Shown here: positions 20,608-30,361 of the stretch, piece after piece
Layout: each line of letters starts with the position of its first letter
Numbering within the stretch: the stretch's first letter is position 1
DNA from: an uncultured archaeon
Lineage (GTDB): Archaea; Thermoproteota; Bathyarchaeia; Bathyarchaeales; Bathycorpusculaceae
NCBI GenBank assembly: GCA_963810275.1
Contig: CAWENF010000027.1
Location: 23,655-87,654 of the forward strand
DNA length: 64,000 nt
Direction of reading: 5' to 3'
Program-made: the position numbers and the translations under genes
The notes under the pieces: generated by a model
Told to the model about the DNA's origin: nothing
Seen by the model: only the letters and a program-made list of their open reading frames with translations
The model's database searches: none

Positions 20608-20701
20608 GTTGTTCAGCTCTATTTTCTGTATTACATCGCTTCTAGGCAGATATTAGTCTTCGCATGAGAAATTCTGATTTAAACCTAAAAAAAATGGACT
20701 T

Positions 20702-21772
20702 TTAGACGTGGATGTACATGTTGTTGCTGCTGTACTTACCCGTGTCCATCTCCGTCTCAATGTCACGCAACAGCATTATGCGCTTAAAAGTCGGTGGGTG
20801 TGTGGCAAAAAGGTGGTTCATCTGCGCCCACGTAGATTTCGCCTCCCGTTCCATCGCCAAATGCAACTCTCGCTCATCCAACACACCGTCATGGTCCAGA
20901 TCATACTTGTTCTTGTTTTGCATGATTTGCTCAACCTCGCTTTTGGCTTGGCTTGGGTCCTCAATGTAGAAACTGCGTGCGCTCATGTTAGCTTTTGGCG
21001 CCATTGATAACCCGTAAGTGATTTTCGCAAGGGCACTCTGCAAGCCCCGCGGGTTTCCTGTAAGGTACGCACTAAATGCGTCGGCGAAGTGCTCCCGCAA
21101 CCGGCTTAGCCGCATTACGGCTATGAAACTGGCGATGTAGACGATAAACGAGATTACTCCGATGGCTACAAGGATTATGCCTGCGTTTCCCTCGTTTCTG
21201 CCTCCTCGTCTTGAGGTACCTCCGCTAAACCAGCCAGCGGTAAGCGCAATCTGGGAAACCCAGTATGCAATCAGCGGCAGGGCGGAGAGAACAGTCATGA
21301 CAATGTAGTCTTTGTGTTTTATGTGTCCCAATTCGTGGGCGATAACTGCTTTGATTTCGTCTTGGTTTAGTTGACGAAGTAATCCTTCGTGGACGGCTAA
21401 GACGGCGCTGTTGCTGGTTCTACCAAACGTGAAAGCGTTGGGGCTTCGGTCGGGGACGATTGCGAGGCGTGGCATTGGTAGTCCTGCTTTCTGCACCATT
21501 TCTTTTACTGTGTTTTCCAGCCACAGGTTCTCTCCGGGTTTTAGATACTGCAGATGAGTGCTTGTGGCAACTATAGTGGGACCGACGGCATACTCGAAGA
21601 GAATGAAAAGTAAGGTGCCGCCCAACGCCAGAAACAGCATGGTGATGAGGTCAAAGCCGATTACGTAATACTGAAGTAGGAAGATGACGACCAAGAGGAA
21701 TATTCCGAAGATGAATCCTGCTAAGAAGATGCTTGTTCCCATAGCTAACTTTAGGTCGCTGAGCTTAGCCAA
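20702..21772 (-). CDS. htpX: HtpX (M48) membrane zinc metalloprotease
   Basis: PNAFTFG, AHELGH (HExxH), LSRLREHFAD, FATHPP. Confidence 0.93.
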   Translation of the reverse strand: MAKLSDLKLAMGTSIFLAGFIFGIFLLVVIFLLQYYVIGFDLITMLFLALGGTLLFILFEYAVGPTIVATSTHLQYLKPGENLWLENTVKEMVQKAGLPMPRLAIVPDRSPNAFTFGRTSNSAVLAVHEGLLRQLNQDEIKAVIAHELGHIKHKDYIVMTVLSALPLIAYWVSQIALTAGWFSGGTSRRGGRNEGNAGIILVAIGVISFIVYIASFIAVMRLSRLREHFADAFSAYLTGNPRGLQSALAKITYGLSMAPKANMSARSFYIEDPSQAKSEVEQIMQNKNKYDLDHDGVLDERELHLAMEREAKSTWAQMNHLFATHPPTFKRIMLLRDIETEMDTGKYSSNNMYIHV

Positions 21773-22018
21773 CAGTGTACACCCTTGTGTTTGGTGAATG
21801 GTGTCTGGTTAGAGAATTAAGTCTTTTCCCAAAAAATTTTGCAGTTACTATAAGTTGATTATTATGAAAAAAATCCATCATTGACTTAACTCATCCCATA
21901 GACACCTGCCCTTAATACTTTAATGAGGGGAGGAGAGCAAAAAAGCAAATCAGAAACCATAGCCTGGCAGAAAAGTTCATAACCAAACCAGTGCAAAACC
22001 ATTACGGAGAAACCTTTA

Positions 22019-22780
22019 ATGCCTCTAGTGTTTATAATCGGAACAGCCGGAAGCGGCAAATCCCTTTTTACCGCAGCTTTTGCGGAATGGCTCAAGATGA
22101 GCAAACAAGATGTCGCAGTCGTCAATCTAGACCCAGGCACGCTTAAACTGCCTTACCAGCCTGATGTTGACGTACGCAACTACGTGAACGTAGGTGATCT
22201 GATGGAGAAATACAGTCTTGGCCCCAACGGTGCCCTGATTATGGCTGCAGATTTAATCGCGGACGAAATCGAAAACCTCACCCGCGACATAGAGGAAGCC
22301 CACGCCGACATTGTGTTAGTGGATACGCCTGGGCAGATGGAGCTCTTCGCTTTCCGCGCATCTGGCCCCTACATCGTCAACGAGTTAACCCGTGAACCTA
22401 AAGCGCTTGTGTACCTTTTCGACGCTGTTTTCTCCACCAATCCCCTAAACTATGTTTCCAACATGTTTCTCTCAGCCGCTGTTTACAACCGTTTCTTCCA
22501 GCCGCAACTACACGTGTTGTCCAAGACTGATTTGATCCCCAAAAAAGACGCCCAAGCTATTGCGTCGTGGTCAGCTAACCCCATGGCTCTTGAAGACGCA
22601 ATAGAAGAAAAACTCGAAGGCACTAAACGCCTCTTCAGCCGCAACATGATGCAAGCAATCAACAAACTCGGCTTAAAATTCCTCCTGATGCCTATTTCAT
22701 CCAAAACAAACGAGGGCATGGTTAACATCAACACTTTGCTGGAAAGAATCTTAAACGAAGGAGAAAAATACACCTCTTAA
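22019..22780 (+). CDS. GPN-loop GTPase
   Basis: GTAGSGKS, NLDPG, LGPNG, DTPGQME. Confidence 0.95.
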   Translation: MPLVFIIGTAGSGKSLFTAAFAEWLKMSKQDVAVVNLDPGTLKLPYQPDVDVRNYVNVGDLMEKYSLGPNGALIMAADLIADEIENLTRDIEEAHADIVLVDTPGQMELFAFRASGPYIVNELTREPKALVYLFDAVFSTNPLNYVSNMFLSAAVYNRFFQPQLHVLSKTDLIPKKDAQAIASWSANPMALEDAIEEKLEGTKRLFSRNMMQAINKLGLKFLLMPISSKTNEGMVNINTLLERILNEGEKYTS

Positions 22781-23403
22781 GCGCTGACCAGTGACCAGCT
22801 AGCGGCAAACGCACCGCGCTTTGCCCTCAGAGCCGACTCTGCACTCGCAACAACAACCGCATCGTTCTCCTCTGGTTTTAGTTGCTCAAGAATCTGCTTT
22901 GCCGCTTCAGGGTACTGCTGCTCAATGTTGTCGCTTACGGATTTGATGCTTAAGTGCCCGGTTCTGTAGACCATAACAAACGCTTTTTTTGCGCCTGCAA
23001 TGATGGCTGCGTCGCGTTGATCTATACCACTTTTCACTTTATCGCTGCTATTATGCACCAAGACTGCATAATTGTAGGGGTACTCGCTTAACTCGGATTT
23101 GGATAATGCTCCTTGGCGAGGGAAAACCTGCTCGAATTGGCTCCAAACTTCCCTGCCTCGCTCAGTTAAAGCGCAGCCTGCCTTGGAGGTCTCGATTAAC
23201 CCCGCTTCCCGCAGACGGCTAATTATGGTGCGCACTGCGCCATCGCCCACTTTGAGCTTCTCGGCAAGCTTATTTCTGCCCAACGGCTTCTGAGCAAGCA
23301 ATTCCAGCGCGTAGAACACATGAAAAATCGTGAACGACGTGGAAGGTCCAGGGGCTTTTTTGCCGCTTATCTGCTGCATGAACCGTTTAAGTGAGACTGC
23401 CAT
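22777..23403 (-). CDS. wHTH + DUF4443-like archaeal protein
   Basis: LGRNKLAEKLKVGDGAVRTIISRL HTH; SGIDQRDAAIIAGA motif. Confidence 0.8.
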   Translation of the reverse strand: MAVSLKRFMQQISGKKAPGPSTSFTIFHVFYALELLAQKPLGRNKLAEKLKVGDGAVRTIISRLREAGLIETSKAGCALTERGREVWSQFEQVFPRQGALSKSELSEYPYNYAVLVHNSSDKVKSGIDQRDAAIIAGAKKAFVMVYRTGHLSIKSVSDNIEQQYPEAAKQILEQLKPEENDAVVVASAESALRAKRGAFAASWSLVSA

Positions 23404-23452
23404 GTTTGCGCCTATAATTACTTAGCGTCAACTAAGCTTTTATAACTTATTA

Positions 23453-23840
23453 AATCACTGAGGTTCTTTGTAGGCTATTGTGGCGATTTCCACTTGTTTT
23501 TCGGCTTTAAGGGTGCAGGCGACGGTTGCGCGAGCAAGAGCTTCCAAGGTGAAGTACTTAGAATATTAGCGGTTGAACTCTTCAAACAGCGCTCATAGAC
23601 GACAGAGATACGGTTGACTGCACCACATCGTTTAGGTTGTAGTCGGCTGTTGGCAGTATAGCCTTGATATTCTCCATGACTTGCCGAGTCTCCCCTGATG
23701 TCAGCTTCTACTAATTTGCTGTCTCTATGTTTATGGGAAGTTCTATTGAAACAACCTGGAACCAGCCAGCCTTTACCGCTTGGTTGTAGGGACCTATGGG
23801 TTTAGGAGCTTTAGGTGTTGAAAAATAGTTTTTTATGTTT
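23453..23840 (-). pseudogene. ridA: RidA (YjgF/YER057c/UK114) family pseudogene, absent from the ORF track
   Basis: Manual translation across frames gives TPKAPKPIGPYNQAVKAG ... RQVMENIKAIL..ADYNLNDVVQSTV ... FEEFN..YSKYF...ARATVAC.L...QVEI..IAYK, with stops and frameshifts. Confidence 0.8.
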
Positions 23841-23999
23841 TCACTTTTGAGGATAACATTTTGGTTAAACCAGTTATCCAATTAAGTGTGCAGCAACACA
23901 GTGGTATTCGGATTGGAATATTTTATTCAGAAAGCCATATAAGAAAAATGAAGAGTAACCTAAGCTACCGAATCTACCGAACGCAAAGAAGGAAACTCG

Positions 24000-25172
24000 A
24001 TGAAAAAAAACGGAAAATATCTGTTCACATCCGAATCAGTCGGTGAAGGTCATCCAGACAAAGTTTCAGACCAAATCTCCGACAGCGTCCTAGACGCAAT
24101 TTTCACCCAAGACTCCAAAGCCCGCGTTGACTGTGAAACCCTCGTCATGCAGGGGACCGTCATAATAACAGGGCAAATCACCACATGCGTGCAGGTAAAC
24201 ATCCCAAAAATTGTCCGCAATACCCTCAAAGAAATCGGCTTTGACAACGCCAAAGACGGTTTAGATTGGGAAACCTGTGGCATTTTAGTCTCCTTAACTG
24301 AGCAGTCTCCAGACATCGCCATGGGAGTCGATGAAACCAACGGCAAAGAACAAGGCGCAGGTGACCAAGGCATGGTTTTCGGTTATGCAAGCAACGAAAC
24401 CAAAGAACTCATGCCTCTACCTATACTTCTTGCTCACCGCCTAGTAAAACGTCTAGCAGATGTCCGCCACGACGGCACCATGCCCTACTTACGTCCAGAC
24501 TGCAAATCCCAAGTTACCGTGGAATACGAGAACGGCAAGCCTAAATGCGTAAAAACAGTCGTCATAGCAGCGCAGAACAACGGTTCAATCGAAGACTCAG
24601 TTCTAAAACAGCAAATCGTTGAGAAAGTCATAAAACACGTAATTCCCGCAAACCTGCTCGCGCCAGACGTGAATTACGTCATCAACGGTACAGGCAGATT
24701 TGTCATCGGAGGTACTCTCGCCGATTCAGGTTTAACAGGCAGAAAAATAATTGTAGATACCTACGGGGGAGTAGGCAGTCACGGCGGCGGATGCTTCAGC
24801 GGCAAAGACCCATCCAAAGTGGACCGCAGCGGATGTTATATGGCTCGCTATATCGCCAAAAACATCGTAGCCGCTGGCCTTGCTGACCAATGTGAAGTGC
24901 AAATTAGCTATGCCATCGGTGTCGCCCAACCAATCAGCGTACTAGTGAACACTTTTGAGACCGGAAAAATATCCGACGAGAAGATCCTTGAAATCGTCAA
25001 AGCAAACTTCAACATGACTCCACGCGGCATCATAACCACGCTCAAACTGCTAAGACCGATCTACCGGAAAAGTGCATGCTTTGGCCATTTTGGCCGCGAC
25101 GACGTAGCGTTCCCATGGGAATGCTGCGATAAAGCTGAAATTCTCAAGATAGCCCTTGAGAATAAAGCCTAA
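24000..25172 (+). CDS. metK: S-adenosylmethionine synthetase, bacterial/eukaryotic type
   Basis: [57 protein letters not shown]. Confidence 0.96.
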   Translation: MKKNGKYLFTSESVGEGHPDKVSDQISDSVLDAIFTQDSKARVDCETLVMQGTVIITGQITTCVQVNIPKIVRNTLKEIGFDNAKDGLDWETCGILVSLTEQSPDIAMGVDETNGKEQGAGDQGMVFGYASNETKELMPLPILLAHRLVKRLADVRHDGTMPYLRPDCKSQVTVEYENGKPKCVKTVVIAAQNNGSIEDSVLKQQIVEKVIKHVIPANLLAPDVNYVINGTGRFVIGGTLADSGLTGRKIIVDTYGGVGSHGGGCFSGKDPSKVDRSGCYMARYIAKNIVAAGLADQCEVQISYAIGVAQPISVLVNTFETGKISDEKILEIVKANFNMTPRGIITTLKLLRPIYRKSACFGHFGRDDVAFPWECCDKAEILKIALENKA

Positions 25173-25215
25173 TTTTTTCTTTTGTTGTTAAAGAAAAAGT
25201 GCTTGTGGACTTGTT

Positions 25216-25802
25216 TTAGATTCTGCAGAGATAGTTTCGAATTATTTCTGAGCCTGTTTCAGTCAAAAATAGCCTTCGGTTTCGATGCTCGTTTGCTGAG
25301 AGGGCTGAAGCGACTCCTAAGCGACGGAAATCCACAAGTATGCTTCCTAATGTGCTTCCGGTAAAATCATAACTGTTTAGGACTACGATTTTTTTGTTGG
25401 CGAGGCCGAATTTGAGGTTGATCTAAGCCAACTTGCGTTGTGTAGGTTACATAGCGTACGGCTTGGCGCTGTGCCGAATGTGAAGGTAGTGTGTCTGTGT
25501 AGTCTTGAAATTCGGGGTTTTTTTTGGAAAAGAATACATGAGTTGCTCAATTGAGACTCTGGTGTCATGAAGGATTTTGATAGAGCCTTCAAATTCGTGT
25601 CTAGACTTGCGTCATAAGGATTCGTTGGTGCTTCTTTTCTTAATTATTACGGCATATCTTTTAGGGGTCTTTGGTATGGGCTGCTCTTTACGTAGTCGAG
25701 GACAGTTGCGTAATGAGTCCTTGTTTACATCCCCAAAATACTCAATTTCTTTATCGCCCTATTTGATTCGGAATTTAAGCTTGAGCCCTTATCGCTTGAC
25801 AT
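25216..25802 (-). pseudogene. Decayed hypothetical gene with wHTH-like C-terminus
   Basis: Fragments LKLKFRIK*GDKEIEYFGDV and GSTLGSILVDFRRLGV...RRLFLTETG; interrupted by stops and frameshifts. Confidence 0.4.
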
Positions 25803-25928
25803 GTAGATCAGTAATAAATGAATTGTTTGCGAATGAAATTTTAGCAAAAAAATTACTTTAGGCACAAAAAATTTAATCCGACAATCAAGAAAATAAAAAA
25901 TGAAAAAACTGAAAAGAAAAAAATGGAT

Positions 25929-26831
25929 TTAGAAATAAAGTTTTTCCCAGCGGGCAAACAGGTCAAGGACTTCGTCGCCGCCGTGGTCTTTTAGGAATTC
26001 ACGGGTTTCTTTGTCCTGAGCTGCTTCCTTCTGGAATTTCTGTATATACTCTGCCTTCTCAGCAAGGAAGATTATGCCGTCAATGCCTTGGCGTGCAACG
26101 CGGGTTGCAACAGTCATAATCTGTTTGGTTGGTGCGACAGTGTCCCATGTTTCGTTGGGGCCGCGGACGTAGAAGTTTACGAATGTTGGCTTTTTAAGTT
26201 GGCTCTTGAAGCCACGTGCGATGGTTTCCCAGTACCATGGGGTTGGGTAGTTCTTGCTGAACATTGGGATAACAAAGTAGTCTGCGTACTGTGCGAGTGC
26301 TTCAAAATCGTAGCCGAAGCGGACTTTGCCCAACAGTGGGTCTGGCAGTAAGTTGACGAAGAGTGGTTTTTCCTGAACAATTTCTTTAACTTCTGCAAGG
26401 AAGTCGGTAACTGTTTTTGCTCTCCATTCCACCCAGTTTAAGCCGCTTTTGCGTTGTTGCTCAATACAGCGTGGACAAGTGCAGAAGCCTTGATCAGCGA
26501 AATGCTGACTGCTGATGCTGATGCCTGGACTTTTTTTGGCGCTGTCCGCAATGATTTTAAGGTTGTATTCGCGGGCTTCGGGGTTAGTCATGCAGACGAC
26601 GTCCCAGCGCAGGTTATAACGTTTGTTAGTGCGAAGAGCTGGACCAAAGCTGCTTTGGGAGACCCAATCGGGGCGTTGTGCAGCCATGTTGTTGTCGCCG
26701 AAGACTGCGATGTTAGTGTACATCTTTGGGTTTACAACACCGACAATGCCTGATTCGGATTTTTGCCGGTAAAAGTTCATGTCGACGCCTTCAACAGGCT
26801 CGGGTTGGTAAAGGAACGTGCCGAATTTCAA
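25929..26831 (-). CDS. Uncharacterised TIM-barrel (glycoside-hydrolase-like) protein with FCTCPRC Cys motif, paralog A
   Basis: TTG start at 26831 after GGTGA SD gives MKFGTFLYQPEPVEG, aligning with the paralog at 29452. Motifs HFADQGFCTCPRC, WVEWRAKTVTDFL, RFGYDF. Confidence 0.75.
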   Translation of the reverse strand: MKFGTFLYQPEPVEGVDMNFYRQKSESGIVGVVNPKMYTNIAVFGDNNMAAQRPDWVSQSSFGPALRTNKRYNLRWDVVCMTNPEAREYNLKIIADSAKKSPGISISSQHFADQGFCTCPRCIEQQRKSGLNWVEWRAKTVTDFLAEVKEIVQEKPLFVNLLPDPLLGKVRFGYDFEALAQYADYFVIPMFSKNYPTPWYWETIARGFKSQLKKPTFVNFYVRGPNETWDTVAPTKQIMTVATRVARQGIDGIIFLAEKAEYIQKFQKEAAQDKETREFLKDHGGDEVLDLFARWEKLYF

Positions 26832-27124
26832 GTTATATTCACCATGATTTTGTTCTATTTTTATATGGAATTGGGTTTGGGGGTTATAAGCTTTTGCAGT
26901 TGATCGCACCTTGTATTGTTATTTTTGTTTTTCACAGAGGTTGTTTTAGAATTTGACCCAGTTTAGCGCTTGTCGGTAAGATTTTGGTCTTTACTTGGAT
27001 ACGAGTGTTAATTCGTTTAGTAAAACCAAAACAGCGAAAAATCATCTGTGAACTGGTACTTTATTCCGCGTCTTTATATACCCAGAAACCGCTTGATTTG
27101 TCTCACTAAGATACCTTTTTACTT

Positions 27125-27259
27125 CTAAATCTTGTAGGTGAGCAAATGTGTTTTATGCGCATCCATTCTGTGTTTTCTCAGTTGATCTGGGTTTTTGAAG
27201 CGTGCCGCGCATATTCTGCATTTGAAGTTTTCCTTAGGATTCGAGTTGTAATTTAACAT
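27125..27259 (-). CDS. Small C2H2 zinc-finger protein
   Basis: FKCRICAARFKNPDQLRKHRMDAH. Confidence 0.6.
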   Translation of the reverse strand: MLNYNSNPKENFKCRICAARFKNPDQLRKHRMDAHKTHLLTYKI

Positions 27260-27472
27260 ACAGGTATTTCCGTTCAATAGTTGAATCTTGCAAAAAATTT
27301 TACAAGTTAATAGCAAATATCCTTGTCAACTTATAAAGGTGAGAGCTTCTTTTAGCAAAAAGCATGAAGTGGATCTCCAAAAACGGAAAACGAGTTGTTG
27401 CAGAGGTTGCATTTATAAAACCAGTTTTTGTTGCATAGCGTTTGATTACTATCTAAAAAAGTGACCGTAGTC

Positions 27473-27706
27473 TCAGGTTATACCGTTGGGGTTTTTTGTC
27501 ATGAGTTTAATCGCGTATGCTTCCGCTTTAGTTTCAGTTGAAAATTCTGGCGAAATCACTCTGCCATCTTTATTTTCAGTTCGCTTTGCGACAAAAACCA
27601 GAACACAATAGTTAGTGCTGAATTGTTTCTTTGTAACAATCAGAGTTTGCCCTGTGCATTCGTTAAGGAAGCCGCCATCATGTTTTAGTGTTTTCCAGCC
27701 TTTAAT
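27473..27706 (-). CDS. Probable small hypothetical protein with no canonical start codon (not in ORF track)
   Basis: Open frame 27473-27769 reads IKGWKTLKHDGGFLNECTGQTLIVTKKQFSTNYCVLVF...ISPEFSTETKAEAYAIKLMTKNPNGIT*. No ATG/GTG/TTG in its first ~69 codons; start uncertain. Confidence 0.5.
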   Translation of the reverse strand: MKGWKTLKHDGGFLNECTGQTLIVTKKQFSTNYCVLVFVAKRTENKDGRVISPEFSTETKAEAYAIKLMTKNPNGIT

Positions 27707-27773
27707 TACGTTGACTGTACAAACCGCCTGTATACCGATTGGATGATGGGCAAAACCCCATCCAATATGTTAC

Positions 27774-28043
27774 TTAGTTTACTATTTGGACAACTGTGCC
27801 GATTGCTTCACCGGGAACCCCGCGGCGAAACCTCACTTTAACAATGCCGTTTCTGCCATGGAGCGCTTTGACTTGGCCAAGACGCACCTTTTCCCCTGCT
27901 TTCCATGCTACCTTTTGGCCCACTAATTTGCCTGCTACAGCAGCGGAGTTTATGCCCTTAAATTCTACGAGACATTCTCTTGGAGTTTGAGATTTATTTC
28001 CTACTCTATAGTTAGTAATTCTGCCATAAATAATCTGAGACAA
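27774..28043 (-). CDS. rpl35ae: 50S ribosomal protein L35Ae
   Basis: NYRVG...Q, LVGQKV.W, G.V...HGRNGIVKVRF..GVPGEAIG. Confidence 0.93.
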   Translation of the reverse strand: MSQIIYGRITNYRVGNKSQTPRECLVEFKGINSAAVAGKLVGQKVAWKAGEKVRLGQVKALHGRNGIVKVRFRRGVPGEAIGTVVQIVN

Positions 28044-28164
28044 AAATATTCACCGTTTAAGTACTCCAGTAAATGTTCCTCGAGCTTTTAAAGATACGCT
28101 ATTTTTTTCAGCCTTTTAAAACTAAAAATACCGTTTAGTTTTTACGAAAAAAGCTCATCCGTGT

Positions 28165-29154
28165 TTAGGCTGCTTTTACAACTTTAATTAAAGCGTTTTT
28201 TACGAATGGCGGCAACTCAACTGACTCAACCGAGTTTGTGACCTCTGTGATTTGACTCCAATTCTTGAAATCAGCCGGCAGCAGGTTCTTTTTGTAGTCG
28301 TCATCCATCTTTGCAGCCGCCAGCAGCGCCGCCGACGCAGCGGGGTTTTCGTTAAGAATCTTTGTTAATTCTTCGACGGTGACTGTTAAGCCCTTAATTT
28401 TGGAGACTTCCAACGCCAATTTCTCCACGGGCAGGTGGCGCTCCTTAAGCCTGTCAAACACGCTACGCTTAGCCCAAACGGGTTCTTGACGCAAAAGAGC
28501 CTCCGTAACCGCCTGCCTTGCACATCGCCCCACAACTTGTCCGAGAACAGACGCGGGTCCGCCCAAGACGATTGGGGTGCCTTTGCCGGTTGTTGCAACC
28601 GTGACGCTGTCGGTGATTGAGCCTGTGGCTAAGTCGCCGGTATAGCGGCTTCGCACATCAAAATCATGCAACGCCGCTGATTTAGCTTCCGTTGCAGTGA
28701 TGAGGGCTGCTACCATGCAGCTCTCTAACGGTGAAGCGTCGATGTAAACAATTATGTTAATGGTTCCAACGATTTCCTCAACCGTGATTTCCTCACCGCT
28801 GGATTCGCCATGTGAACACCCTGCAGTTGCTGCGACGGCTACGGTGAACTCGTCGGTTGTTTGGGTTACTAAACTGAAATTGTGCACGTTGGCTGCGGTG
28901 ACCATAGCAAGGTAGTCATCGGAAACGTCGATTTTTGCGGCCGACATTTTGATGAGCTGCAGTGGGTCCATGTGCAATGCCACGTCGCTGTAGCCTGGCG
29001 GTACGCCAATATTGAGCGTGTGCTTAACTTTTTTTGCGCCGCCGTTATAGACTGCTGAACTGATTATTTTGAATTGGTCTGGAGAGGTGAATGCTAAAAC
29101 GTTGTCCTTAATGGTGAATTTCACATTGCCTGATAGGTCACGTTGCTGGTCCAC
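28165..29154 (-). CDS. cbiZ: Adenosylcobinamide amidohydrolase CbiZ with C-terminal extension
   Basis: SSAVYNGG, MVTAA, GTINIIV, ITATEAKSAAL, ATGSITDSV, GGPASVLG. Confidence 0.88.
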   Translation of the reverse strand: MDQQRDLSGNVKFTIKDNVLAFTSPDQFKIISSAVYNGGAKKVKHTLNIGVPPGYSDVALHMDPLQLIKMSAAKIDVSDDYLAMVTAANVHNFSLVTQTTDEFTVAVAATAGCSHGESSGEEITVEEIVGTINIIVYIDASPLESCMVAALITATEAKSAALHDFDVRSRYTGDLATGSITDSVTVATTGKGTPIVLGGPASVLGQVVGRCARQAVTEALLRQEPVWAKRSVFDRLKERHLPVEKLALEVSKIKGLTVTVEELTKILNENPAASAALLAAAKMDDDYKKNLLPADFKNWSQITEVTNSVESVELPPFVKNALIKVVKAA

Positions 29155-29173
29155 TTTGCCAACCCCATATTGG

Positions 29174-29392
29174 CTACTTCTTGGGGGTTGCCGCATTTAA
29201 AGTGATGGCTTTGTTAGGGCACAGGTTCACGCAGATGCCGCACCGGGTGCACTGTACCACCTCGATGATTTGGGGTTTGCGGTTTTTGCCTTCTTCAATT
29301 GCACCCACTGGACAAACACCGATGCAAATTTGTCCTATACAAGGCGGGCACTTGCTTAAGTCGACGTTTATGGGTGCCTTCTGTTTGTCCAT
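29174..29392 (-). CDS. 4Fe-4S dicluster ferredoxin
   Basis: CPPC.GQIC.GVCP and CTRCGICVNLCP. Confidence 0.88.
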   Translation of the reverse strand: MDKQKAPINVDLSKCPPCIGQICIGVCPVGAIEEGKNRKPQIIEVVQCTRCGICVNLCPNKAITLNAATPKK

Positions 29393-29451
29393 GGGAAATC
29401 AACAACTAAATAAGCGCCAATAATATATCTTTTGCGAGCAAGAGTTTAGGC

Positions 29452-30336
29452 ATGAAAATCGGTTTAGTAACGTACAAGCCAGAACATGTAGAAGGCTATG
29501 ATGTACACGTTTACTACTGTAAATGGGCTGATGGGCAGGCTAACCCAGCAGCAGAGCACATGCAAAACGACGTTACTGTTTTCTGTGACGCAAAAGCCAT
29601 CCGGGACGATCCTTCAATCGTGCAGACCTCTCAGTATGGTCCGGCGCTACGGCGTAACAGAAGAAACAACTTGCCGTTTGACTATGTGTGCCCCACACAC
29701 CCTGGCTACCGCAAAAAAATTTACGCCTACCTCGACAGCCTGTCCAAACAGGACATCGAGGGAATCACGCTCAACCTTTACCACTTTGCCGATCAAGACT
29801 TCTGCACCTGCCCACGCTGCACTGAACTGCGGGAAAAAAGTGGTTTAGGCTGGATGGAGTGGCGTGCCAAAGTAGTTACTGACTTCTTGGCAGAAGCTAA
29901 AACCCACACTAAAGGCACTTTTGCGGTGGAGATGTTTCCTGACCCCGTGTTGGCTAAGGAACGCTTCGGCATCGACTTCCCCGACATCGCCGAGTTAGTT
30001 GATTACTTCCATGTGCCGCTGTCTTCACGGGATTACTTCACTAACTACTGGGTAGACCTCATCACAAGGGACTTTGTAGCTACGCTCAAGAAACCCGTGG
30101 TGGTGGAGTTAAGCGCCGAGTTGCCAACCGACGAAAAACTTGAAGCACTTCTAAAAACTGTCGCCTACATTTCCCGCCATAACTTGATGGCGACGCTACT
30201 ACTGGTTCACGATTCGGAGAACGCCCATCAGATCGCTCGGTTCGCTGTTCACAATGAGGGCTTCCGTGAGTGGCTGGACACTTACGAATTTAGTCAAATG
30301 CAACGAATTGTGGATACCTGGGCAAAAATCTACTAG
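29452..30336 (+). CDS. Uncharacterised TIM-barrel (glycoside-hydrolase-like) protein with FCTCPRC Cys motif, paralog B
   Basis: GPALR.N...N, VCPTHPGYR, HFADQDFCTCPRC, WMEWRAKVVTDFL, PDPVLAKERFGIDF shared with paralog A. Confidence 0.78.
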   Translation: MKIGLVTYKPEHVEGYDVHVYYCKWADGQANPAAEHMQNDVTVFCDAKAIRDDPSIVQTSQYGPALRRNRRNNLPFDYVCPTHPGYRKKIYAYLDSLSKQDIEGITLNLYHFADQDFCTCPRCTELREKSGLGWMEWRAKVVTDFLAEAKTHTKGTFAVEMFPDPVLAKERFGIDFPDIAELVDYFHVPLSSRDYFTNYWVDLITRDFVATLKKPVVVELSAELPTDEKLEALLKTVAYISRHNLMATLLLVHDSENAHQIARFAVHNEGFREWLDTYEFSQMQRIVDTWAKIY

Positions 30337-30361
30337 TGCAGTTCTGTAAAACCAAAATTTT

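Noticed and set aside
23870-23945. SAM-I riboswitch-like words (TTATC...CAGCAAC...GGT) upstream of metK
   Set aside because: The P2/kink-turn and P1 closure are missing, and the segment lies upstream of the likely TATA box.
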